A stretch of 64,000 nucleotides of DNA from a bacterium (lineage in GTDB: Bacteria; UBA8248), in the NCBI GenBank assembly GCA_965207065.1, contig OZ242260.1, positions 2,912,001-2,976,000 on the forward strand, read 5' to 3'. The notes beneath the pieces were generated by a model. That model ran no database searches, was not told the DNA's origin, and saw only the letters and a list, made by a program, of their open reading frames with translations. Both the position numbers and the translations under genes were made by a program. Shown piece after piece: positions 19,404-27,757 of this stretch. The first letter of the stretch is position 1. Every line of letters starts with the position of its first letter.

Positions 19404-20474
19404 ATGGATTTTTCCTTATTTTATATCCTGTATCGTCCCGAAGATATGACCGAGGCGCAGGTCCATGAGGATATGCTCGAAGAGAGCATTCTGGCGGACG
19501 AGTTGGGTTACTCGTGCGTCTGGTACGCCGAGCATCACTTCTCACGCGTCGGGATGATCCCCGACCCCCTCCTCATCTGCGCCGCGGTGGCGCAAAAGAC
19601 GAAAAAAATCCACGTGGGCACGGCCATTTCCATCATGTCGTTTCACGATCCCATAAGGCTGGCCGAGCAGGCCGCCATGGTGGATCTCCTGAGCGGCGGC
19701 AGGCTGGAGCTGGGCATCGGGCGCGGCTCCCAGCCCAAGGAGTTCCAGGGTTTCGGCGCGAAGCCGTCGGAAAGCCGCGAGCGCTTAAAAGAAGGTCTCC
19801 ACATTCTCTCCCGCCTTCTCGAAGGGCAGAAGGTGACGTTCGAGGGCCGGCATCACCAGTGCGCGGACGTGGAAATCTTCCCCAAGCCCCTCCAAAGGCC
19901 GCGCCCGCCCATCTGGCTGGCGGGAACGAGTCCCGAAACCTACACTTATGCGGGCGAGAACGGCTTCAAGGTGATGGCCTCGGCCGGCTTCACGGGGCCT
20001 GAGGTTTATAAGCAAAAGTTCGGGCTTTACGAGGACGCCATCAGGAGATCGGGCGGCGACCCCGCCGGTATCGACAGACCCCTGGTTCACCACATCCACG
20101 TGTGCGATGCGGCGGATGCGGAGGAATGCTTCGACCTCACGGTGGAGGGCGAGGGCGAGTACCTGCGCTACCGGGCGAAGATGAACGAGGTGGAAATGCC
20201 CGAGGATGAGGCGAAGCACCTGAAGCGCAACTGGAGTTATGAGCTGGACGTCGCCGAGATTGTCAGGGGCGGCGGCATCATTGCCGATCCGGAGGCCGTG
20301 GCGGAGGATATCTGCAGGCTGCGCGATGATTATGGGGTCAATCACGTCATTCTGGCGCCCTGGCGCGGGCCGGACCACGCCGCGGTGATGCGCTCGATAG
20401 AGAGCTTCGCCAGTGACGTCATGCCGCTGGTGAACGCCACCGCGCCCGTCGGCTCGGGTGGCAGTCAGTCTTGA
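19404..20474 (+). CDS. LLM-class (luciferase-like) flavin-dependent oxidoreductase, copy A
   Basis: Motifs WYAEHHF, RLAEQAAMVDLLSGGRLELGIGRG and PxQRPRPPIW. Confidence 0.92.
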   Translation: MDFSLFYILYRPEDMTEAQVHEDMLEESILADELGYSCVWYAEHHFSRVGMIPDPLLICAAVAQKTKKIHVGTAISIMSFHDPIRLAEQAAMVDLLSGGRLELGIGRGSQPKEFQGFGAKPSESRERLKEGLHILSRLLEGQKVTFEGRHHQCADVEIFPKPLQRPRPPIWLAGTSPETYTYAGENGFKVMASAGFTGPEVYKQKFGLYEDAIRRSGGDPAGIDRPLVHHIHVCDAADAEECFDLTVEGEGEYLRYRAKMNEVEMPEDEAKHLKRNWSYELDVAEIVRGGGIIADPEAVAEDICRLRDDYGVNHVILAPWRGPDHAAVMRSIESFASDVMPLVNATAPVGSGGSQS

Positions 20475-20528
20475 AGCCTTGAAGGTTTCTTTCTTGTCTT
20501 AAAAATCAGGAGGCGCTTTGTCGTGGGT

Positions 20529-21503
20529 ATGAGCTTTAGTTTGCATCTGGTGCCGGATGACATCCGGGTCGTGGCGGAGCGCTCGAAATACGCCGAGGAC
20601 AACGGATTCGAGCAGGTGTGGATAGCGGAGAGCCATCTCACCTGCCGGGATCACAACATCGCGCTCGCCCTGGCGATCGAGAAAACCTCGCATGTGAAAA
20701 TCGGCCCCGGCGTGACGAACCCGGTCCTGCACGACGACAGCGTCGCGGCGAGCGCCATCGCCACGCTCGATGAACTATCAGGCGGCCGGGTGCTGTTCGG
20801 CATTGGCTCGGGCGATACGCCCGTCTATACGCTGGGCAAGAAGATGGCCCGGCTCGCGCGGATGCGCGAATCCATAGCGGCCATACGCGCGTTCACGCGC
20901 GGCGAGACGGTGGAATACGCCGAGGGCGTGAACGTAAACATGTGGTGTGAGCGGGATATCCCCATCTACACCTCCGCCGAGGGTCCCCGGACGCTCTCCA
21001 TGTCGGCTGAAGTCGCGGACGGCGTCATCGTAGGCTCGGGCGTCTACCAGGAGACGGTGGACTGGGTGATGAAGTATCTGAACGAGGGGATGGAGAATCG
21101 CGACTCCTCTCTGGGCGAGATGGACATCATATTCGGCGCGGTCGTCTCGGTGGATACCGACAGCGTGCGCGCTCGCGAGAAGGTGCGGGCGCGGGTGGCG
21201 AACCGGGCGCACCACAACTTCCGCATGACGCTCGACTCGGTGCCCGACCCGTACAAGCCCGAAATCAAACAACTTCTGGACAACTTCGACGTGAGCAACT
21301 GGCGGGATCCCAAGCACGTGCCGCTCATTACCGACTACATCCTGGACCGCTTCACCATCACGGGAACGCCCGAGGAATGCGTCGACCGCATCCAGGAGAT
21401 CGAGTCCTACGGCGTCAAGAGCATCATGATCGACCCCCCGAACCAGGATTTCGACGAATCTCTCAAAATGTTCACCGAAGAGGTTTTGCCCAAGTGCGTA
21501 TGA
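20529..21503 (+). CDS. LLM-class oxidoreductase, Mer-like (probably F420-dependent)
   Basis: Motifs VWIAESH, GPGVTNP, TLDELSGGR..GIGSGD and GPRTL. Confidence 0.85.
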   Translation: MSFSLHLVPDDIRVVAERSKYAEDNGFEQVWIAESHLTCRDHNIALALAIEKTSHVKIGPGVTNPVLHDDSVAASAIATLDELSGGRVLFGIGSGDTPVYTLGKKMARLARMRESIAAIRAFTRGETVEYAEGVNVNMWCERDIPIYTSAEGPRTLSMSAEVADGVIVGSGVYQETVDWVMKYLNEGMENRDSSLGEMDIIFGAVVSVDTDSVRAREKVRARVANRAHHNFRMTLDSVPDPYKPEIKQLLDNFDVSNWRDPKHVPLITDYILDRFTITGTPEECVDRIQEIESYGVKSIMIDPPNQDFDESLKMFTEEVLPKCV

Positions 21504-21551
21504 CCGCATCCGGGGCGTAATCGACCGCCTTATTCATAAGAGGAACCCAAC

Positions 21552-21950
21552 ATGGCGCTGATACCCGAATCTCATGCCGGCATTCTCGACACAAAGGCCC
21601 TCCTGTACCTGGGCACCCAGAACAAGGACGGATCCCCCCAGGTCTCTCCCGTATGGTTCGGCACCAATGGCGACATCATCGAGGTCAATTCGGCCAAAGG
21701 CCGACTGAAGGACCTCAACATGCGCGCGAGGTCCAAGGTTTCCATCGCCATCGTCGACCCCGAAAACGCCTACAGGTGGGTGGGGATTCAGGGCACGGTG
21801 GTGGAGATTACCGAAAACGGGGCGGAAGAGCATATCGACGCCTTGGCGAACAAGTATCTGGGCGTGGACAGCTATCCGAACCGCCAGGCGGGACAGGTGC
21901 GCGTCATCTACCGCATCCGGGCGGACAAGGTGTTCACGATGGGTGCGTAA
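21552..21950 (+). CDS. PPOX-class (FDOR) probable F420-dependent oxidoreductase
   Basis: Motifs DGSPQVSPVWF, GRLKDLN, DPENAYR and IDALANKYLG. Confidence 0.88.
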   Translation: MALIPESHAGILDTKALLYLGTQNKDGSPQVSPVWFGTNGDIIEVNSAKGRLKDLNMRARSKVSIAIVDPENAYRWVGIQGTVVEITENGAEEHIDALANKYLGVDSYPNRQAGQVRVIYRIRADKVFTMGA

Positions 21951-21997
21951 GACGCCCTGCGCACCGGATTACCATGTACGGGACGGAGACCTGATAG

Positions 21998-23053
21998 ATG
22001 AAATTCTCGCTTTTCTACATTCCTGCCTGTCAGGAGGGCGAAAGCTACAAGCACGAGTTCGACCAGTTGATCGAACAATGCGAGGTGGCCGACGAACTCG
22101 GCTACGAGGCCGTGTTCCTGGCCGAGCACCACTTCTCCCGCGTGGGCATGTGCCCCGACGCCCTGATGGTCGCGCTCGCCATCGCTCAGAGAACCAAAAA
22201 GATCAGAATCGGCACCGCCATCTGCATCATGCCGTTCCACAATCCGGTGCGCTTGGCCGAACAGGCCGCCCTGGTCGACGTGCTGAGCGGCGGGCGTCTG
22301 GAACTGGGCGTCGGCAGGGGTTCCCAGCCCAAGGAATTCCAGGGCTTCAACATCTCCCCCTCCGAGAGCAGAGAGAAGATGCAGGAGGGCCTCGAGGTGA
22401 TGACCCGCCTGCTGGAGGGGGAATGCCTCACCTTCCACGGGAAGCACTACAGCTGCATCGACGTGGAGATTTTCCCGAAACCCATCCAGAAGCCGCGTCC
22501 TCCCATCTGGCTGGCCGGCACGAGTCCCGAAACATACGTCTTCGCCGGCCAGAGGGGGTACAACATCATGGCGTCGGGCACCTTCAAGGGGCCTGACGTA
22601 TATCTGGAGAAGATGGAGTTGTTCAACGAAACCGTGCGCAACCGGGGCGGCGACCCGAGTGTTTATCCCGCCCTCATGGCGCACCACGTCCATGTGTGCG
22701 ACGACCCCGAGCACGCCTGGCGGCAGATCGAGCCCTCCGAATCGTGGTATCTCTCCTACCGCAGCGCGGTGAATTCCATCGAGATGCCGCTCGAGGAGAA
22801 AGAAGCCCTCAAGCGCAACTGGAGCTACGACGTCGACATCCGCCAGGTCATCGAGGGGGGCGGCGTCATCGGCCCGCCGGAGAAGGTGATCGCCGACCTG
22901 AAGCGGCTCCAGACGGAGTTCCGGGTGAATCACATCATGATCTTCGTGCTGCGCGGCATCGCCCAGGACGAGGCGATTCAGTCGATAGAGCGGTTTGCGA
23001 AAGAGGTGATGCCCGCGTTCGCCGAAGAGCGCGCGGCGAGTTCAAGCGAATAA
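21998..23053 (+). CDS. LLM-class flavin-dependent oxidoreductase, copy B (paralog of 19404..20474)
   Basis: Same motifs as copy A, including AEHHFSRVGM, GRGSQPKEFQGF and LKRNWSY. Confidence 0.92.
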   Translation: MKFSLFYIPACQEGESYKHEFDQLIEQCEVADELGYEAVFLAEHHFSRVGMCPDALMVALAIAQRTKKIRIGTAICIMPFHNPVRLAEQAALVDVLSGGRLELGVGRGSQPKEFQGFNISPSESREKMQEGLEVMTRLLEGECLTFHGKHYSCIDVEIFPKPIQKPRPPIWLAGTSPETYVFAGQRGYNIMASGTFKGPDVYLEKMELFNETVRNRGGDPSVYPALMAHHVHVCDDPEHAWRQIEPSESWYLSYRSAVNSIEMPLEEKEALKRNWSYDVDIRQVIEGGGVIGPPEKVIADLKRLQTEFRVNHIMIFVLRGIAQDEAIQSIERFAKEVMPAFAEERAASSSE

Positions 23054-23077
23054 CATCGGTTTCGAGGAGAACGGAGA

Positions 23078-23677
23078 ATGTGGATATCCCCATTAAGGCT
23101 GAATGACGCCCAGGAGCCCGCGCGCGGGATTCTCGAGGGCATCCGGGCGAAACGGGGCGCCGTGCCCAAGCTGCTGCTCACGATGGCGCGCAGGCCCCAG
23201 GTCCTGAACGGACGCCAGACGATGAACATGGCCGTCCACGGCGGGAATTCGACGCTGGGCCAGAGGCGCGAGGAACTGATCTCCTACTACGTGGCCACCA
23301 TCGGCGGGTGCTATGGCTGAACGATGAACCATGGCCAGGCTTTCCGTGCTGAAAGCGGCGACGACGTAACGCTGGCCGACGTGGCCACCGTGGTGACGGA
23401 CAGGGACAATTCCCCGGTGCTCGACGATGCGGACAAGACGATGCTCGCATTCGCCGAAAAACTCACGTTCGACCACTACGCGATGAGCGAGGCGGACCTG
23501 GACGCGCTACGCGAGGCGGGCTTCTCGGATGAGAACGTGCTGGACATCATCGGTTCCGTCTCGTACCGGAACATGAGCAACCGGCTGAACCTGGCGCTCG
23601 GCCTCGATGCCGTCGAACCCGAAGGCCCGGACGAGTTGATGGAGGTGGTGCGCTTCTCCCGGACCGCTCGGGCTTAA
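23078..23677 (+). CDS. AhpD/CMD-like peroxidase-related protein, probable selenoprotein (TGA 23318-23320 = Sec)
   Basis: ORFs 23078..23320 and 23324..23677 are in the same frame and join as ...IGGCYG-U-TMNHG..., matching the family CxxCxxxH motif. The second half carries AFAEKLT...LREAGFSDE...NRL. Confidence 0.85.
23334..23359 (+). promoter_or_regulatory. Putative bacterial SECIS hairpin
   Basis: GCC-AG-GCTTTC-[CGTGCT]-GAAAGC-GGC starts 13 nt after the in-frame TGA, with G at the second loop position. Confidence 0.65.
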
Positions 23678-23799
23678 GAGACATATATCCGTTTGCCGGC
23701 CGAGCAAGTCCGGGCCGGTGATTATCAGGCAAAAAAGTTTGCCACCGTTCATTTGCGGCGCGCCCAGGCCGCGAAACAAAGCAGAAAGGAAGAGATTCC

Positions 23800-24570
23800 A
23801 TGTCAGAGCTCACCATCCGTCCGCTGAACTGCGGAACCATTCACACGGATTACTCCAATATGGTGTATTGGACGAACTTCGGGACGAAACTGGAGATTCC
23901 CTCGTTCATCTACATGATCGAGGGGGCGAAGGACCACGACGGCAAGGACGTGAAGGTCGTGGTCGACACCAGTTTTCTGGACCCCGAGCGCGGCGGCGCC
24001 CCCTGGCCCGCGAGCCGGGAGCCCGGCCAGGGCGTTCGCGAACAGTTAGAGGGCGCGGGCTGGAAGCCTGAGGATGTGGACATCCTCATCCTCACGCACT
24101 TGCACTGGGACCACTCCCAGAACTGCGACCTGTTCACCAACGCGATCAAATACGTGTGGGCGGAGGAGCTTCAATACTCCATGTGCCCGGTCGCGCTGCA
24201 ATCCAAGCCCTATGACGCGCCGATCCACCCCAACACCCGCTGGCCGGTGATCGCGCAGCAGGGCATCATCTTCGAGCCGATCTGGAAGGACAATACCGAG
24301 ATCGTGCCGGGCGTCACCTACTTCCACACGCCGGGCCACACGCCGGGGCACTGCTCGGTCGCCGTCGAGACGCGCGTGGGCACCTACGTCATCGCCGCCG
24401 ACGTCATCCAGATCAACGAAGGCCTGGAGCGCCGCGTTCCCGCCGGCCAGATGTCGAGCATGCGCGACGCGATGGATTCCATCCATAAGTGCATCGAGCG
24501 CGCCACGAAGGAGGAATACATCCTGCCCGGCCATGAAATCTCGGTGCTCGAGAAGGAAGTCTACCCGTAA
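23800..24570 (+). CDS. Metallo-beta-lactamase fold hydrolase, AHL-lactonase-like
   Basis: Motifs THLHWDH, HTPGHTPGH, AAD and PGHE. Confidence 0.9.
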   Translation: MSELTIRPLNCGTIHTDYSNMVYWTNFGTKLEIPSFIYMIEGAKDHDGKDVKVVVDTSFLDPERGGAPWPASREPGQGVREQLEGAGWKPEDVDILILTHLHWDHSQNCDLFTNAIKYVWAEELQYSMCPVALQSKPYDAPIHPNTRWPVIAQQGIIFEPIWKDNTEIVPGVTYFHTPGHTPGHCSVAVETRVGTYVIAADVIQINEGLERRVPAGQMSSMRDAMDSIHKCIERATKEEYILPGHEISVLEKEVYP

Positions 24571-24624
24571 GAGCGGATAACGCTCGGCGCCAAGAGCCGA
24601 GTGTTTGCAAAGGGAGGAATCAGG

Positions 24625-25002
24625 ATGGCGATGAGCGAGCGGGGCAGGGCCTTGTACGAGGAGATGAAGGCGGCGCGCGGGTTTATCTACCCGGCGTATG
24701 AACTCCTGTGCGAGGTGGACCCCGAGCTATTGGAGAACTACGAGAACCTCAAAAACCACATCATGAAGAAACAGGGCCCCTTTCACGAGAAGTACAAGGA
24801 GCTCTTCATCGCGGTGGCGAGCGCCTCGCGCAACCCCTCTGATACCGAGGGCATCAAGAACCACTTGAAGAAAGCGCTGCAGCTCGGCGCGACCGTCGAG
24901 GAGGCGACGGAGGCCCTCGAGTGCATGCTGCCCCCCTGCGGGATGACGGCGCTCGTGGCGGGCTGCACGCAGCTCAAAGAAGTGATCGACGAAGGGTATT
25001 AG
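24625..25002 (+). CDS. Carboxymuconolactone decarboxylase (CMD) family protein
   Basis: KYKELFIAV...HLKKALQLGATVEEATEAL. GGGAGG RBS upstream. Confidence 0.85.
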   Translation: MAMSERGRALYEEMKAARGFIYPAYELLCEVDPELLENYENLKNHIMKKQGPFHEKYKELFIAVASASRNPSDTEGIKNHLKKALQLGATVEEATEALECMLPPCGMTALVAGCTQLKEVIDEGY

Positions 25003-25023
25003 AGCAAGGCCGAAAGTGAGCCG

Positions 25024-25060
25024 ACCGGGGGAGTGCGCGACGCTCCCCCGGTTTTTGTTT
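25024..25060 (+). terminator. Intrinsic terminator closing the LLM operon
   Basis: accgggggag...ctcccccggt followed by ttttgttt. Confidence 0.8.
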
Positions 25061-25217
25061 GTTATTTGCGACCGAAGAGGGAGCGATTGCCGAGCGTGGG
25101 GGTGCGATGGTTTTGTAGCCGGACAGGCGCAGGGGACTGTCCGCTGCTTCCGCCTGCTACAAGGTGAAAACAGGTATCCGTCATGCTTTCATCTCGGGTT
25201 GCGCAGATAACATAATA

Positions 25218-25236
25218 GATGTATATAATATACATG
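25218..25236. promoter_or_regulatory. NsrR-type operator
   Basis: gATGTAT-ataat-ATACATg, an AT-rich inverted repeat matching the gATGyAT-N5-ATryATc NsrR box, about 20 nt before the nsrR start. Confidence 0.8.
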
Positions 25237-25256
25237 TTAATCGGGAGGGACACTCG

Positions 25257-25697
25257 ATGAGGCTCACCGTTCAGACAGACTATGCACTCAGGATGATGAT
25301 GCAACTGGCTTGCCGTACTGATGGCCTGGTGACGATCCACGAGATTGCGGAGCGGTACGGGATATCAAAGAACCATCTGGTGAAGGTCGCGCACAGGCTG
25401 GGCCGCGCGGGGTTCATCGAAACGATCCGGGGCCGAAGCGGCGGCCTGAGGCTCGCCAAGCCGGCGGAGGAAATCTCCGTCGGGACAGTGGCGAGGCACA
25501 CCGAACAAGGCAGCGCCCTCGTCGAGTGTTTTCCGGGCGGAAGCGGAAAGTGCCTGGTCAAGCCGCACTGCCGGCTCAAGAGCGTTCTGGCCGAGGCGCA
25601 GGAAGCCTTTTTCACCGTTCTCGATCGCTACACCATCCACGACCTGGTGAAACGCAACCCCGGACTGCTCGCCTTGCTTGTCGGAGACGCCGCATGA
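25257..25697 (+). CDS. nsrR: Rrf2 family regulator, NsrR-like
   Basis: Motifs MRLTVQTDYALR, SKNHLVKV and RGRSGG, and three Cys (ECF...C....HC). Confidence 0.85.
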   Translation: MRLTVQTDYALRMMMQLACRTDGLVTIHEIAERYGISKNHLVKVAHRLGRAGFIETIRGRSGGLRLAKPAEEISVGTVARHTEQGSALVECFPGGSGKCLVKPHCRLKSVLAEAQEAFFTVLDRYTIHDLVKRNPGLLALLVGDAA

Positions 25698-26143
25698 ACA
25701 CGACGCATCTCAAGATCGTAGGAGAACGCCGGGCCGGAATCCAGGCGAAAGCCGCCGCGATGGGGGTCGACGAGGCGTACGTCTCCGAGCTCGTGAATAC
25801 CTTCTACAGCCGCATCCGGGAAGACCGGCTGCTCGGGCCGATTTTCGATGAGGCCATCGGCGACAGGTGGGGGCTTCACCTCGAGAAGATGAAGGATTTC
25901 TGGGCGACGGTGGCCTTGGGCGCCGGTCGCTACTCGGGAGAACCGATTCCGGCCCACAAGAAACTCGTGGAGGTCCGGCCCCGGCATTTCGACGAATGGC
26001 TCGAACTGTTCGAGGAAACCCTGCAGGACACGGCGCCCACGCCGGAGGCGGCCGCCTATTTCATGGGCCACGCCAGGCAGATCGGACGAGGGCTGCAGAT
26101 CGCCATGTTCGGCGCATCAGGTTTCGGGAGGGCAGGCGCATGA
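25694..26143 (+). CDS. Group III truncated hemoglobin
   Basis: LVNTFYSRIREDRLLGPIF...W..HLEKMKDFW...YSGEPIPAH...FDEWLELF. Confidence 0.9.
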   Translation: MNTTHLKIVGERRAGIQAKAAAMGVDEAYVSELVNTFYSRIREDRLLGPIFDEAIGDRWGLHLEKMKDFWATVALGAGRYSGEPIPAHKKLVEVRPRHFDEWLELFEETLQDTAPTPEAAAYFMGHARQIGRGLQIAMFGASGFGRAGA

Positions 26144-26433
26144 GTGAGAACATTCCGGAAGGGCTCGTCAAGTATTTCGAAAGCAAAATCTTCACCGAGA
26201 AGACCGTTCCCGAAAAACTCCTGACCCTGCACGACACGAAGCCGGGCGTCTGGGCGCGAATCGTTGTTCTCGAGGGCAGCCTCGACTATGTCGTACCGGG
26301 TGCGCCCGAGCGGAACCGCCGCCTGGAAACAGGCGATTACGGCGTCATCCGGCCCACCGAGGCGCACCGCGTGGAACTCCTCGGAATGGTCCGGTTCCAG
26401 GTGGAGTTTTACCGACCCGAGGAAGAGGGCTAG
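26140..26433 (+). CDS. DUF1971 (YeaR/TehB N-terminal-like) cupin protein
   Basis: FTEKTVPEKLLTLHDTKPGVWA...HRVE...FQVEFY. ATGA overlap with the globin gene. Confidence 0.85.
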   Translation: MSENIPEGLVKYFESKIFTEKTVPEKLLTLHDTKPGVWARIVVLEGSLDYVVPGAPERNRRLETGDYGVIRPTEAHRVELLGMVRFQVEFYRPEEEG

Positions 26434-26476
26434 CAGGGTCGGCGCGCGAACCGCCCTTACAGACCCAACCTTTTAC

Positions 26477-27682
26477 TCACCCGTTGCAATGCGCCACTGC
26501 GGCGGTGGCGAACATGCCGGCGGCGTCGACGAGGTTCTGCGCGGGCACGCGCTCGTTCGGCAGATGGGCTTCGGAGATGAACTCGCCGGGGCCGAAGAAG
26601 ACGCCCGGAATCCCGTTCTCGATGAACAGCCTGAGCGCGCCGGGGGACTCGATGCCGGGGAGAAACTCGTTCGGCGTACCGCGCACGGCGGGCACGACGC
26701 GCTCCATGAGCTGCACGACGGGCTCATCCTCGGCGATTTCCGTTACCTCGCGCGCGCCGCTCGGCATGATCTCCACCGACGCCTCGAACTCGGGGTCATC
26801 CGCCGCGAGTTCTGCGAGAATGCCCTCCAGCTTCTCCTTGACGCCGGCGGACGTCTGCCCCGGCAGCATGCGCACGTCGAAGGTGGCGCTGCACCGCCCG
26901 CCCACAACGTTCACCGCTGAGCCTCCGTTGATTGTGGAGAAGGCGAGGGTGCCCGGCCCCAGGAAGGGGTGGGGCGGAGGCGCGATGCGCTCGGCCTTGA
27001 AGGCGTCGATGATTTTCGCCATCTTCTCGATGGCGTTGACCCCCTTATCGGGCACGCTCACGTGCACCGAGCGACCCCGGACCTTGACCTCGAAGAACAC
27101 CCGCCCCTTGAAGGAGCGGATGATGTTGTTGCCCGTCGATTCGGTGTAGAGGACCATGTCGCCGCCGAGTTCCTTCAGGATGCCGTTGTTCACGAGCGAT
27201 TGCGCGCCGTAGTAATCGCCCTTCTCGCCGTCTGAGAGCAGGACCCAGGTGAGCGTTCCGTTGAGCGAGATTTTCTCATCCTTGAGAGCCTTGAGCGCGC
27301 CGATGGTGGACGCCAGCGCGCCCTTCATGTCGGCGGCGCCGCGCCCCCAGATTTCGCCGTTTATGAGTTCGCCGCTGAAAGGGGGAACCTCCCAGGCGTC
27401 CACTTCTTCGGGATGGACGGGCACGGTGTCCATGTGGCCGCCGATGACGAAATGACCGCCCGGACCGCCGTCTCCCGTGCGGATGATGAAGTTGGGCATT
27501 CCCGATTCGTATTCATAAGTGGTGATATCACCAACGCCGATGGCTTTGAGCTCAGCGAGGATGCGCTCGGCCATGTCCGAGCAGTCGCCGGGCGGGTTTT
27601 CCGCCGGTATGCGGATCAAATCCTGTGCCAAGCCTACGACGTAGTCCCCATCCACGGGAACGGGGGTGATGGCGTTACTCAT
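26477..27682 (-). CDS. M20 family metallopeptidase/deacylase (ArgE/DapE-like)
   Basis: Motifs GHMDTVP, GRGAADMKG, SDGE and AHLPNE. Confidence 0.9.
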   Translation of the reverse strand: MSNAITPVPVDGDYVVGLAQDLIRIPAENPPGDCSDMAERILAELKAIGVGDITTYEYESGMPNFIIRTGDGGPGGHFVIGGHMDTVPVHPEEVDAWEVPPFSGELINGEIWGRGAADMKGALASTIGALKALKDEKISLNGTLTWVLLSDGEKGDYYGAQSLVNNGILKELGGDMVLYTESTGNNIIRSFKGRVFFEVKVRGRSVHVSVPDKGVNAIEKMAKIIDAFKAERIAPPPHPFLGPGTLAFSTINGGSAVNVVGGRCSATFDVRMLPGQTSAGVKEKLEGILAELAADDPEFEASVEIMPSGAREVTEIAEDEPVVQLMERVVPAVRGTPNEFLPGIESPGALRLFIENGIPGVFFGPGEFISEAHLPNERVPAQNLVDAAGMFATAAVAHCNG

Positions 27683-27757
27683 GAAAAACTCCTTTCCAAT
27701 CGAAAAATTCATTCACACAAAGCTCCGAGGGACGAGAATGTCCGCCCGGGTCGTAAG

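Noticed and set aside
23078-23677. Two separate small genes or a nonsense pseudogene
   Set aside because: The stop is TGA exactly at the second Cys position of CxxCxxxH, the frame is preserved and a SECIS-like hairpin follows. Sec recoding explains this better.
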